Shown piece after piece: positions 41,252 to 56,400 of a stretch of DNA of 64,000 bases. The translations under genes and the position numbers were made by a program. Source of the DNA: Bugula neritina (taxonomy: Eukaryota; Animalia; Bryozoa). The notes below the pieces were generated by a model. The model made no database searches, was not told where the DNA came from, and saw only the letters and a program-made list of their open reading frames with translations. The stretch's first letter is position 1. Every line of letters begins with the position of its first letter. The stretch lies in NCBI GenBank assembly GCA_964035545.1, contig OZ037765.1:22753504-22817503 (forward strand), in the 5' to 3' direction.

Positions 41252-44200
41252 TGTGAGAGTATAGTAGCTTGCGGAAACCAACTGTATGGTGCAAAGCAAA
41301 GAAGTAAACTAATTTAATCTTTGCAAGTCTGTGGTTCATGAATGAATGCATCGAGCGGTAAAGTCAGTCATGTGAATCAAATGAGGTATAATTCCTTGTC
41401 ATTCTTTCTGTGTATAATTATTTGTGCTGATGAATTTATCCCCCTCACATATCTATTTTTAACATTATTATAATTATTATTTTCCTATTAATATTAGATG
41501 GGAGTTGAAAAAATCAGTGTGCAAGTGTGTGCTGGGCATTATGACTATCCGTTGCCAATATACAATGATTATGAATTTAAAAATAAATTTAATCTATATA
41601 ATTATGTAAGCATATGCACACAAAACAGAAAAACGATTATAAATTTTAATGCTAAGGCTAGGAAAATATTCCTTGTGTGTGATGGTGTTATGATTTGCCT
41701 TCAGTTATGTTCATTCAGAGTTGCAGGCATTTGTAACATGAGAAGTTATCTTGTCTGTAAAACAAAACGATGACATGCAAACCCAAACATTGCTGCACTA
41801 AACAATAGTACTTCAAGCTATGCAAAGATTTATATCCTTGGATTTCATACACATGAGAAGATATTTACATTTACATTGATGGCACGAAGACATTTTTCTG
41901 TGAAGCATTTATTTGATGAATAAAATGTCCTTATCGTGAAACCTGACATTTACATGGAAACTAACCTTGAAACAACTACTAAACAGCTGAAAATTTCCAA
42001 TCTAATTTATCCAAGAGTTCGCAGCAACCTATTGAATAAGTCACAGAATACTAGTTCTAATATTTATATTAGTTATAATGATATTGGCAGCAGAGCTGTG
42101 CAAGTGTACAGGGATTAAACCGGGTTGCTGTCAGTGAATGGAGTCGAAATTAATGCAAATCTCCGACCAGGATGAAATATTCAAAGATCTTTTCTGACAG
42201 TTAGCTATTAGTAATATGACTAATAAATCAGATTATTATTTTACCTGTAGAGTGTAGATAGAGGTTATTATTTTGTTGACAATTGCGTGTTGTAACAGGA
42301 AATAGTGGCACTCTGTATAAGGAAAGGAAGACAGTAATTGGCTAAGACTGTAATACTGGACATAATATATGTGAAATAGGAGGTCAGTCAACTTAGCAGA
42401 TAGTATTCAGCTACTTTATGTCAAATCGAAAGATCCAGGTTGGAGAAGCGAAGAATAATCCGGAAAATAAGGAGCCAAGCAGAATACACGGTGAAGATTA
42501 TAGCAAGCTATCAAGACTGACAATAAAAGGCTGATACATGGGAACACTAAACAATAGAATAATCTAGAATAAGATGTACCTAGGAAGTCTGAATGAAGAT
42601 TACAGTAACTATAATGCAATGGTAGCCTTCCTGTAGGTGGTGGTTTCAATATTTTTGAAAACTAATAAATTTAAAAATTTTAATATCACTAATCAATTGC
42701 ATCGTTTGTATAATTTTCATTTAATCACTTATTACACATATTAGCCAACAAAGTCTTACTCAAGTAACATGCAAGAGTAATTGTTTGCAAAGTATAATAA
42801 TTATTAAAAATCACTTGGTAGCATTTATGAACAAATGTGGCATAAAATATGTTAATATATCAGGAGCTTTTAGCATATCACAACTGTACACACAGGTCAA
42901 TATATAGCATGTGTACAAGTTAGTCAATATTCTCTAGTATGAGAGGTAAATACATGCATTACCATGTCATTATATTACATATATATTTTATTTACATAAG
43001 AAGAGACCTAAGGAGGGTAAGCATAGAAGCATTGTCCTTCAGCTAAATGATTAAATGCTTTAACTTTAAATTAAAAATATGTAGATCATGTCCATATTTG
43101 TGGAGAATGCCGCCCAATAGATTAGGAAACGGCAAAAATATGCGACAATAAATAACTAAAGTAGTCCCACCTTGTGACAAAATAATGTCAATAGAATAAT
43201 TTTCTATTAGATAGTAATTATCTATTGTAGTCAAGTGCCACATATGATGAGTTTTGCATTGTTCATGATAATTATTAAAGAGTGAGCCTTCAACTAGCCA
43301 ACAATAGAAGAGAGGAAGAGAAAGACTATTTGTTCTCCATACTTCATTTTCAGTTACATATTATTTCTCTTCCTCTCATAAATTACTGTTTAACCACCAC
43401 AGTTCCTGTACATACTGATTCACAGAAGCAATTAATCTATGCGCACAAACGGCTAATATAAAATTTTAAGCAACTATAGGCTGCAGGAATTGTTCTTAAA
43501 AACACCACAGAGCAAGAGCTTCATTGAAAGAATGGAGAAATACAGTTATATAGAATGCCTAGCTTATTTATCTGGAAAATGATTCGTGAAAGTGTTTCAC
43601 TATACCATTCAGAGCATGAAGTTCATATAACAATGCCAGCTGTAATGTTGAAAAGATTCACACCAGTTCATCTAATCTATGCACTTAGTGCTAAATTATA
43701 TGCTTATGTCAGATTTTTCTCCATTCAAATTCTGTGAAATTAATGACTCTGCCAATAGCAACGCATTTGTTTCACGCTGTGTTTGTACGAGCATATTATA
43801 GTACTATCAATGGCAGACTTGGGACTTCCTTTCAACGTTGTAGACTGTTTATTGACATGTGCCACTAGAATTTTAATATATTTATATAAGATATTAAATC
43901 TCATAAAATGTGTATTTTGTAAGCAGATATGTGAATGGTGATTGTGACGAACAGAAAAGTTAATATTTTTATTTAAATGCAATAGACATTTAGAAATCAG
44001 TTAATAGAGTTTGGCTGAAAACTTTCAGGACTAAATATTGGATAATTGGTTATCATCTCAATTGTCCGAGAAGCTAATAGATTAATGATATACCACATGA
44101 CAAAATCATGAACTGCCTGGTCACCTGTTTACTACTCAATAGACAGTTTACAGAGATTAGTTATATTTGCTATGTTTGAACTGGGGATGTGTGCTGAAAT

Positions 44201-47200
44201 TAAAAAAAAACCTACTGAAACCAAAGCTAGCCGGTGTCATTGAATACAATCTAGTGTAAGTATTATATCAAGTTGTCATATTTGCTGATAAACCGCAGAA
44301 CGTGTGGAAAGAAAATCAAATAATCAACAGACTCTTCAACTTACTATTAGCTGCATTAAAAATGGCAAACCACAAGATCAATACTAGCAGATTTCATTTG
44401 AAAAGACAAAGAGTGACAACTGAGATTGGAAATTGGCTTTGGAAAATGATAAAGCAAACCGACCTTCACCAGTAGCATACAACCTCAACATCCTGGCAAA
44501 TAACTCTAAACTTGAGAACTGTTAATTGCCATGGTAGGGGGTGGGGGTTTGGCTTCCAACTTTTTAAAGAAATCCAATATTAACAAACACTGTTGGTCAG
44601 CTGAATAGTTGAGTCATTGATAAATTGTAAAATTGAATGAAGTAAAAACAACAAACTGATAGAAGTCAAGGGCATGCGGCCAGGTGATGTTTGTACTACT
44701 GGTGAAATTAAATGCCACTCAGATAAAAATTATCATTTGATATGATTTTACAAGTAGTTGTAAAACATAGAATAGGTGCTAATAACCAAGTTTGTGTTTT
44801 TTTACTTCTTATATGACAAAGGTAGTGTTTACAATAAGGAGCATAACTATTTGTATAGTCAATATATTATTTTGCCAAGTGAGAAATGGCCCAAAATAGT
44901 TGGGTCTGTATGCCTCAGAACCGTTTGACATGTAAAGTGATATACTGTTTCTGCTTAGAGAATAAGCTACCCATCAAGACAAGTGGAATTAGCACCACTG
45001 TAAACAATAAATCTTGGGTGCAAAAGATTTAGGATAAGATAATTACTCTTTTGGCATTCCAGTCAGATCTGAACATCAGCCACTCAACCATGTAAGGCAG
45101 ACTGGACTCTTTAATTGAGTAAAAAATACAGAAATTTAGATGGCCCAACAGCTGGAGTTTGGTATTTGAGCATAGATATTTTTTATTTAACCTTATTTCA
45201 TACTCTTAATACTTGTAAGAAATGCTAATGTGCTAAACATAACTACCTTAAAGGTATTTCAATGGAAAACTGTTATACAGCCAGTTACTAATTATCATTA
45301 TCACAATATTCTTTTGAAAATTAATAAGATAACAAGATTTTGCTAACAATATTTGTGATCCCTAACTTATGAAAGAAGATTAAAAAATAAATGAAAAGAA
45401 TAACCCTTACAATGCCCATAACCTTTCTACCTTTTGCCAATGACAGTAGAATAAATAACTAAATTGAGTTGTCGTCAACACTAGTTGAAAATAGAATTCA
45501 TAGATTACTAACCTGACTGCCAGACGAAGTAAGATTTATTAGCATTTAAGAGGTCTTAACCTTTACAAGGCAGGGGTGGAGTTTGTGTGGGAGGGAGGAA
45601 ACTAAGTTTGTTGAAAATAGCAACTGCCTTCACAACAGTCTCTGAAATAAACAACTGACGTACAACAAATATACAAATATCATATTTGATTATCACGATA
45701 CAAATTGTATTACAAATTACACATTTATGTGTACAGTGCATGTTAGTGAACTGATAAGAGGAAATTGATATTTTAAAACAAATCGTACAATCACCGCTCT
45801 ATTGTGCTTTACTGAATACATCAAAAGACCAAACTAAACAATAAATACTAAATTGAAGTTACTCTTGTTAGAGAAATTAAATTTATGAATAATGAAAATG
45901 GAATTATTACCAAATTGACATGTCATTTATATAACTATCCTGGCATGTTAGGCAGTGAATAGCTTGTCATCTAGTAAACGCAGCAGGACAGCAATTGTAC
46001 TGTGATCATAACTAGACGTGTTTGTCAGAACAAAATATGCCACTAACCCTACTAGTTGTAAACAAACGCCAAGCAAAGTTGTAACAATTTCTTATAAACA
46101 AATACACCATTATTTTAGCTTTACAGAGATAAAAGGTAACCTTAAAAGAATTGAAACATAAGTATTGTATCTTCTACGATTATGATTATAAAACCAGTAT
46201 TATTTAAATAACAAATTAAAAATCTGCTTATGTAAGCATTTTCAATACTGGATTGCACATAAGGAAATATTTTTATTGCTAGTTGAGCGCAAATAGCTTT
46301 TATAATCAGCTAGCATAAAGTTTGGCTTTAAATCTTTTACATGAGCTTGCATTTAAATTGCTTCGGATGTGCTATATCCTGCGCAGTACTAACATAAAAC
46401 AAGTGATCAGCTTTTCTTTTTATGTCAAGTCAGAGATACCCTTACCGTATAGACACGTAGATGGACTTGAACAAAGATAGGTTTTAATGTTTTCCTTCAT
46501 ATAAAAATCTTAAATCTGAGAGCTAATAGTACTAAGATGCCTTTGAAAACATCATTTAGCTTCTATACATTTATTGATTAGAGGTGAAGTCAAGCCTTAG
46601 CTACTACAAAAATCAACATAACTTAAATCAAATTGGGGTTTACATGTAAGTGATTAGCACTCTATAGGAGAAAATTTGCATTGTAAACACATATTTAAAG
46701 CTGTAATATCCACAGAACGCAAACAACACGTGCCCTCAATATTCAAGATATTTTGACACCACAATTAATAGGGAGAACATACAGCATGGGACATAGGCAA
46801 TGTTGTATGTGAGGTGGATAGTAGACTAACAGATCACTCAGTTATCAGTAAACTTGCTGCTACTCTGAGGCTACTATTTCCTGCAGAGGCTCTAGCAAAG
46901 ATTATTAGTAATGCGGGTAAATATTAGATGCATTAATAATGCTGGGCCAATTATCAATTTAAGTTTTGTCATTCTAAATGTCATTTTACTTGCAACCTGA
47001 TAGGGTTGGATTTTTAAGTTGCAATGATTATTGTTGGTATTTTGAGAGATGGTATTGATATAGTAGGATCAATCCTTGTTAACAATTAAATTAGGAGAAA
47101 TTGCAGCATGCAATTAATTTCAATGTTTATTCTGATAAAAATGTTCATTATTTCATAATTGACCCAGCACTAATTACTGCAAAAGAACCACATTGACTCA

Positions 47201-47859
47201 GAGGAATGAAAGACTATCTAGCAGTGTATAAGAAGTTATCTCTCTCCTGTAGTGATCGAATTTATACTTGTCAAACAGGAATAGCTCCACTCATACTGAT
47301 GTTTTACCAAATGTTTGCTTTCTGAGTGGAAATGCTGATTCAGGCTTGAGGCCTAATACCAGTACACACTTGTCTTTTTGTCACCATTTAAGAACTGACA
47401 CTCTTTAACCAAAATAATGTATCATCAAATGCCACATGACTTGCTTGCTTAGGACTTGCTTATGCAAAGTATAATACACCTGAAAACTGGATCTCTAAGA
47501 ATGATTTTAAATGTGGCCGTTTAGAACAGAAAACTGCTTTTTAAAGGGGAAATTCTGACACCAAACTTGAACATTGATACTGCCATCAACACAAAGCAAC
47601 ACAACACCATCAAACAAAGCTTTCAGTCAAAATAAAAACTAAATTGTGTGGTGTGTGCACTCGTGTGAACTTACAGTACCAAAATTATTTGTTCATCTCA
47701 ATTATTTTCAAAACTACCATAATCTTATAATCTGACATATCAATTTACACGTCATATATTTCAGCAATTCCACATATTTCATCACATACCAACTCATATG
47801 CTAGCTAAGTTACTGTATCAAGGCACTGATTAATATGATCCAACTTATTTGTCAATATA

Positions 47860-49619
47860 CAGTGCTGTGAAAAAGTTTAAGGACGCTTGCAGTAATTTCT
47901 ATGTATCTTGTTTAATAGGCATTTCTTGGAAGTTTTTAGGATTTTCCTGCAAGTTCTATATATCAAAATGATCCTTAGAATGTTTACTATGAGTTCCACC
48001 TCATATATTTCTACTGCTGTATTGTTTTCTACCCATTTTCGGGCTAACTACACAAGCAGCTAGGAAAGCGCAACTCCTGTGTTTTTATGTTTCCAAAGTT
48101 TATCGCTTCTGATAGCCACAAAAGACTAAACAGTGAAATTTTATATGTGCATGGCATCATTATATCATAAAGCATGACTTTCTTCCATAATTTAAAATCT
48201 GTCATTCAGTTGTAAGCTTTTACATGGTGTCCACTTAGGTGCTGCGCATAGACAAAATGAGAGCTGTAAATCTTACTTCAAAAGTAAGGTTTGTAATAAT
48301 TTTCTTGCAAAACGAAGGTTATGCAGTTAGGAAATTATCTGAAAAGGTTGGCAAAGCAAAGACAACTGTATATCAAATTATCAAGAAGTTTATGGAGACT
48401 GGCAGTGTAGCAGATCAACCTGGAAGTGGACGACCAAAAATAAGCACACCCAGAAATGACAAGGTTCTCATTAGGATCAGCAAGAAGGATCGTCATAAAA
48501 CAAGTTCCGAGTTGACAAAGAATGCTCAGAATCAACAGGAACAACAGCTTCGACATCCCTGATAAGGCGAAGACTGCTGAGCCATGGTCTACGTGGTTGC
48601 AAAGCAAGAAGGAAGCCTCTACTAACCGAGAAGTAGCAAAAAACCGGCTACGGTGGGCCAAGGAGCATGGTAGTTAGACAGTGAATGCTTAGAAAAAAGT
48701 GATTATTTCAGATGAATCCACATTTAATGTGAACAATCATGCTGGAAACTGTTTTGTTAGATGATACCAGTATGAGAAATATAACCCCTAATGTATTCTT
48801 CGAACAATTAAGCACCCTATCGATGTTATGTTCTGGGGTTGTATAACATCAACAGGTGTAGGTCGACTCATTAATTGCTCTGGAATGATGTTAATGCTCA
48901 AAAATATATGGAGAATCTCAATGCTAAACTTCTTTCAATCATAAAAAATTTCTTTTTAAATGAAATTAACATATTTGAAAATGACAATGCACCATGCCAT
49001 TGGGCAAAATCTGTTAAAGAGTGGATGAAAAAACAGAGGGTCTCAACGCTTAACTGGCCAGCACACAGTCGGGACTTGAACCCAATAAGAAATTCATGGT
49101 CAAGAATGGCTAAAATAGTCTCTTCGCAGAAACCAACAACTAAGGTGACACTCATAGAGCCTGTAATTCATGCATGGCATTATGTGGTGACTGAAAACGA
49201 GTTGGAGAAGCTGTACGAGTCGATGCCTCGTTGCTGCCGACTTGTGATTGAGGCCAACAAAACATTGATACTAAAATTTAAAGCACTGTGTGTTGCAATG
49301 CTGCTATAATGTGTATAACAATTCACATGTAAGATTTTTCTATGTTTCAAGCAAAATATTCTGATATCCTACAGTACACACAAATTGTGAAAAGATCGAA
49401 AAATTCCCATATATGCATAGTATCTCATTGTTTCACCCAAATTTTGAAATGAAGTGAAAAGAGAGACTAATAATTTATATAAATGAAATAAGGAGACCTT
49501 AAGGATCATTTTGATAGGCATCATGCCTATGGATATGCTTTTGTTATGTCTTAAAATTAGCTTGGAACTTTGATATTATGGAAAACAGTGAGGCGTCCTT
49601 AAACTTTTTCACAGCACTG
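47860..49619 (+). mobile_element. Tc1/mariner (DD34E) DNA transposon, full length (1760 bp), non-autonomous
   Basis: Perfect 27-bp TIRs cagtgctgtgaaaaagtttaaggacgc (47860-47886 / 49593-49619), TA on both flanks (47858-59, 49620-21), internal transposase relic. Confidence 0.96.
48257..49309 (+). pseudogene. Tc1-like transposase pseudogene
   Basis: Paired-like HTH with GSGRPK, ISDES (first D), ENDNAPCH (second D) and WPAHSRDLNPIRN, where the catalytic E position 34 residues after the second D is R. Contains frameshifts and in-frame stops. Confidence 0.93.
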
Positions 49620-50407
49620 TAAATATCAACACAAGTCTTCTAATAGCCATCAGCTAAAGCTCACTAGATGGCTTTCCTAAGACACATTGCTAAGCGTTTG
49701 TTCCTGTATAAGATACATATAAGATACATCAAGTCTTGTTCTATAGTTGAACAAAAACTCAACCGGTAAATACGGCATTGTCATCCTACAGGTGCTGTCA
49801 ACAAAAAGCCTACATTATTCTCAGCATCGCATGTTCTCTTTACTTTCCATTGTTCACCTTGACCTCTAATAGAGCACACTGGGAATAGAACTAGCAAATA
49901 ATAAAACACAGGCTTTTATTTATTATATAAGAGAAAAAAACTTGCATATCAATAGTAATAATATAATCAATTAAATACGGCACTTTTAATTTACATAATT
50001 TTGATTGCTTCTATACATGTAACAAAATGCAATTGGGTGAAAATATCAGCATTTCATACAATATTGATATTTAAATGAGATGCTATTCTGTGTACACTTT
50101 ATTTCTTCTACTATTTAATTAATATATACATTTACAATAAAACTATTATAAATAAAACAGTTAAATACACCAGCCTTCTAACTTACAGTAAATGTGAAAA
50201 CAGTTTCTAATTCAGCCATAAAAGATAAACATCTCTTTCCCCATTCCTCTTTTCAGCAATTAATTCTCACATGAAATAGCAGGAAATGTCTTTCAACTCA
50301 TATTAATATTTTCCGAGATTAAAATTGTTCCTACTTAGTGGTTTAGATGGAGGCAATAATCCGCCGTAAAAAGTGTACCACAACAATGTCATGCCTACTA
50401 ATTCTAT

Positions 50408-53400
50408 TTACTGTTCCTCGTGCTGCAGTGCATATTGCAGATCATCTTGAGCTACATTGAGACGCAGACGTTGATATATTCCGTTACCATTGTTCTCTAG
50501 TAGTATCAGCCTTGTGTTACTCAATGTACAGCATATTTGATTGACCTGCAAAATAATCACTGCAATAATATGGTATTAGCTAGGTGCAGCGTATTGCATG
50601 CCAAGCACCTAATGGTCCAACTCCTGCATTCATGGAGGAGTAAAAATATATCACAGCAAGATCTGCCCTAACTATTAGCCTTCACATAAACCTGCACGTC
50701 ACATATTCAGAGTTCAGCTTGCTATTACACCTCAACTGACACAAGTCACCCAACCAAAGGAAATTTAACTTAACCACTTTGAAAAATTAAACCAACAATA
50801 AACCCTTTGAAGAAATAGTTCAATTTAATATTAAAATAAGCACCATATCATTTCTGCCACTTGCCTCCATTCCTATATTATATGGCGTATAGACACAACA
50901 AATTGTATAGCATTGCATTCCGTACTCTCACCAAAATATATGACTGATTCCTATCAAACATAGCGTCGATTACACACACTGAGTTCAACATAGCGTAACA
51001 TCACTTCATGAATTGTAATAAAACCTTAGGAATTTAAATTCAGTGTGGAGATCATTTTACAACGAAATGCATGATTATTGGTTTTCATTCTAGTGTCAGG
51101 TATGAATTGACACATCTAGACAATGCTATAGTATACTAGTTATTAAAGCATCATGTATATATAGCTAAGTAGAAAGTGCAGGTATGTTCTACACATGCAG
51201 GTATGCTATAAACATGTACCTGCATCATCTTCAGAGTGGGCATCTTCTCCATCTCACACAAGTCAGAAACAAGGTGATACACTTTATACAATGTGGCCTC
51301 CTCCAGACCGCTGCGAGTAAACTCCGCCGCAATGGCCTTCAATACTATCTTCTCATAAAAGCAGCAGTTCCTAAAGCATCACGAGACACTAGACTATCTC
51401 ATAAATGTCCAACGGGAGACAACTTCTAAGCTAACTATTGAAAACAACTTTGTTTAGCTGTTCAAAGTAAAGGAAGGGTTTTTAGCTGCAACTGAGTAGA
51501 AGAATATAACTATACACTGCATGTATGGTGTAAAGTGTAAACAATGTAACTGCTAGACAACACCACTGTGGAGAGGAAAAGGAAAGACAACTCCAAGATA
51601 ACGCCATGCAGCCCAGATAACACTCCTGGTTATAAAACACTACGTTTAAGTGGCACCAATCATATACAAAGTAGACAAAGGGTCGATATTATTTACACAT
51701 CACTTTTAGAAAGACAACTCTGAAAACAATTTATTCTGGCAAAAAAGAGAGATAGACACATTTTCACACATTGTTCTACAGCTTCACGAGCTCATGTCTA
51801 AAATACACACAACGAGCTGTGCTGACCTAGTTTAGCTCAAGCAGCAGAGAAATCACATGACACTCACCTAATAGCTGTAATCATGGGGGAGTTGAACATC
51901 TCCTGCAGAGCTAGGTTCACATGCAGCATATTCACTACTTTGGCTCCTGACTGTTCTGCCACTTCAGCTGACCTTCGGCAAATAGCGAGAGCTCTTCGGG
52001 CATCACCAGACGCTGACGCTGCCTACAGAATATAGTCACATTTAAAAAATTGTAGCCAGGAACAAGCAAGGTAACGCTATTAAAAGTGGATTCCTGGTGG
52101 TAAAGTGAGCTTGCTACGACATTAATATGAAGCCTGCGATCAAATCATAAGTGCAACATTTTTAAAGGTACAGACAACCAAGTTCAACGGTCTTTCATAA
52201 TTTCCCAACTATTTTTATGGTTATTATTTGACAACAGAAATAGGAATTTCACTTTTAGTTCCCTTCTTACACAAATATACAACACTTCTACACTGAATTG
52301 GTGTAAATATGTCTTAGTGTTGGCTCAGACCTAATGAAAGTGTAACAGTTATAACGCATCTATATACCTTGCGAGATGCAAGCTGAATGGCATCGGCATC
52401 AAACGCTGGTATCCCACTAAGCCTAGAATGCACTATCTCTTGAAGTTGCTGGAAGGTATAGGGCAGGAACGTCATTCTATTTAATCCCTGAAATTAGACA
52501 CATAGAGTACAACAGGAAGCATTGAGGTGGTTGAGTTGAAGAGAACATACAAGTATAATAGATCTCAGTTTCAGTATAATCACACATCAACATGTATTAT
52601 AAATAATTAGCATATTACAATCAATGACACTAGAGTATTTGTTATAAATAATATATTATCTAATTTTAATGATATATTATGTTGACACAAAAGCAGTCAA
52701 AATTTCAATGAGCTAGAAGTTTAATTTAACCTAGAAATTTCAATTCTAATTCAAAATTGCTACACCTGAGCTTTCAGGTAACGCCAACACAAACTATAAT
52801 CATGCCGCCAGAAGCGCTTAAAAATGTTGCATAGATATTACGATGTTGCAAACATTAGTTGATTGCCAATTGCTTTATCTTTGACCACGAATACTACACA
52901 AGTTGGCATTTTTCTTATAGACATAGACTTTTGTATGCAAAAGAAATACTTCAGTCAAGGCAAGGCAACTAATTATCTGTTGTGGAGACGACTCTATACT
53001 CACTAGTCGACTGGAAATTTTGCTCATCATTACACGTTCAGGCAGGTCCATAGTGTTGGCTATAGCCAGCACTATCAGTCGGCTGTGTGGCTTAGTCGGC
53101 CAATCAAATATGTTGTAGAGAACATCTTGTTTGCGGGTCAACAGCAGGTCTAGCTACAAGTTAAGTCAGCGTCAAGTAAGAAAACAATCGGCAGACAAGA
53201 AAACATGTAGCGAAATAATTTTCAAAAACAAATGCTTCTAAAAATTTAGCATTAATAGGCTAGACTTGCCGTGTTGAAATAACATATTCCTGGTTTTTTA
53301 CTAGAATTAAATTTCACTTTTAACTAACATAAACTGTGTGAAGACAAGAATTTAATTGGGAAGATGCACCTCTAAAAAAGTCAAATATTGTACTGTGCCT

Positions 53401-56400
53401 TCAAGGAGGGAGGGAGGGAGAGATGTAGTAATTTACCTCATCAACAAGAAGCACGACTCTGTTTTGCCTCCTGCTCTTAGAGAACATGTCATCGAGTAGA
53501 GATGTGGCATGCTCAGCCGTAGCTTGCTTTCCTGAAAGTTGCTACAAACAAAACACTGATGGATAAACTTGCACTTAGATTCTCTTTATATCCGCACAAA
53601 GAAAAAGGGAACAAAGTTAGTATAATTAGCAACTTTTGAACTTTATATCCCAACAAGTAGTCAAACCATACATTGGAAGATAATATTTATAAAACTCGGG
53701 CACAATATCGACTTGTGTTTTACCGTTTATTCCATATAATTAATTTCAACACACGTTGCCGACGTACACATACGGATATGTCCGTACCTTGTATATTTGC
53801 ACAAAGGCTTGGTGAGGCTGAGTCAATCTCATCCCATTGATCTCCACAAACTTAAAGTCAGGAATGCCTTCATCTGATTTGTTGAGGTTGAGGCATTTTA
53901 TCACCTCGTATACTGTGGCAGTCTTCCCAGTGCCAGATACGCCAGATATGTATAGACACCTTCAAACAGACACAAATGATAGCATACTTGACTATATGCA
54001 ATTGCTGAAAAAATCACAGCTCTTGTCCAGGTTACTAGTGTAAAAGAAGACAACTCCTTGAACTCAAACCTTCTTAACATTAGAGCATAATTATTTAGCA
54101 AAGAGAAAAGCTAATGACATTTTTAGTTTTTCAAATGCATTTACAAACTTAATACTTGTACTTACAAACAAATAAATAGAGTTGATAAAGAGTAGCTTCT
54201 AATTGCTTTTGGTTAATTATACATCAATTATTTTATTTAATTGTATAGTAGCCTCTCTCTTAACTTCCACCATTGCTCATAGTAGCCAGTTAGAAGAAGT
54301 TAGCGTTACTTTACTGAGTATATACTAGTAAGCCCCTCACCCCCCAGTGCCACTCTCCAGTTTACTCTCCACGTAGCTGTAGATGTTGGCAAACTCATCC
54401 TCTCTACAAGGCAGCGAATCAGGCACAGCGCTGACGTGTAGCTCCGCCCTCGCTTTCTCTAGAGCCGTGCTGTACTCTTTAACAGGGTTTTGTCTCTCTC
54501 TCCTTGACGGAGTGCAGGCGTGTAGTATGCTTCTTCTACTTGGTGTTGCTACAGACTTCATACAAGTAGAAGAAGTATTTTAATTAACATAATTAATGGA
54601 TGAAGTAACATACAGAATATATGGGAGTAGAGAAAATATTAATATAAACATGCCATGAAGGAATAAGCACACCAGTTCTAATCACTGAGGCAGGGATAAT
54701 TACAAATCATAAAAATGAAGGCAGGGGAGTATACCATTCTTAAGAACATAATATTTAGAAAAGGCCTCAATGAATATCACTTCAATTTATCATTTAGAAA
54801 TGACATTCTCACGAAGTCAATCACATATTTTGCAATTTAGTATAACACATTTCTCCTCGTGCCATATTTAGAGATGTCATGTAATTCTACCATAAACTAT
54901 TATATTTATTAGATGCCAGGAAGTAACACTGTTTGATTACTTAGAGAAATACTGTAGACGGCAGCTACCTTTCTCCTTGGTGACCTCGAGGTCGTAGACT
55001 GCTGCCTCCTCAATGCTAAATGCCGAGAATGTTGGACAGGTTGGAACTCCTCTTCACTGCTGGACTGACAATCACCAGAGAATATCTCCTCGTCTTCGTC
55101 GCTGTCAGAGAGAGCCTCCATATCACTCAGACTAGCATCTCTCAGGATTTTGCTTTATAGAAAACACAAACCATCATTCAAAACTCAACCTTAGTGTGTA
55201 GTAAAACATATACACATGTTCATTCTATATGGGTCACTTTACTTAATTTGGTACACATTCGAAATCTTCAGTTTTTAACTATTTTTCAAAATTTAGCTGC
55301 TAATGTATACCGGTTTTTGCCCAAAACTAAGAAATTAACAAATACAAGTAAATAACTAAGGTTCTTTTTAATTTCGCTTGATTTCCTATGTTTTTCTCAA
55401 TTATCTAGTTAATTTGGATTTGCGGACCGTCACGGTTTTTTGTGACCATCCGCAAATCTAAATTCGCTAAATAATTAAGAAAAACATGGGACCAAGAGTA
55501 CGCTCAGGCAGCATTGAACGGCAGAAACTGCAACGTCAACCCTAAATATGCAGACAGATACAAAACAGGAAATTTACAAGATTTTACCTGCGCAATGTCT
55601 TTTTCCTGCTTGATCTCCGTAACACCGTGTCACCAGTCTCATGATATTGACTAACATTTTTACTAGGAGTTCTGTCATTTATATTCACTTCTTTTATTTC
55701 TTCAACATTATTGGTGGCACGTTGAGAGCGGGTAATCCTTTCATTTGTTTCGGCTGTAGAGATTTTTACACTGGAAGATTTCAGCTCCTCATCGAGATTC
55801 AAATTAGCTGACTTTAGCTGTGTGTAACGATCAGATGTTAAGGCAGTCGCAGTACTAAAACAAAGGCATTACCCATCAGTTCTTCACATTATTTACGAAG
55901 TCCTAACCACATAGTATATATTATACAAAGTTATTACCATGCATAGATCTACCAAAGCTCTAACAACAGGGTCTGGAGGTAAACTGTGTGAAGTGTATTT
56001 GGTGCCAATCATTACAGCACACAGTTGATATAAACAACTTTTGCATAAGAGCTATGATTTTCAAAACTGAGCGAGACTAATAAACAAATTATCACTTTAA
56101 AAAATCATAGGAAACCAGAAATTTTGCGGGAACTTATTACCTAGTACTAGACCTCTTGGAGCGAGAAGCTCTCGTGTGTCTTGGAGTAGTAGAAGTTCCG
56201 GAACTCTCTGCCTTTTCTTGGCGTCTCCTGCGAGAGTTGCCATGGCTAGCAACATCCTGCACAACACATCAGAACAATTCACAACCCACTCATATTATAT
56301 ATATTGTAGAATGAGAAAAGTAAGTCAAGTGTGCCTCCAAAGGCCAAAAAGCTTTAACCAAAATTTCGGTAAAAAAAAGGTGGACATCACAGATTAGTAC

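Noticed and set aside
41300-47800. Short ORFs upstream of the ABTB coding region
   Set aside because: No recognisable domains or consistent splice pattern; likely 5' UTR introns or regulatory DNA. Donor-like sites near 46445 and 47670 are unverifiable.
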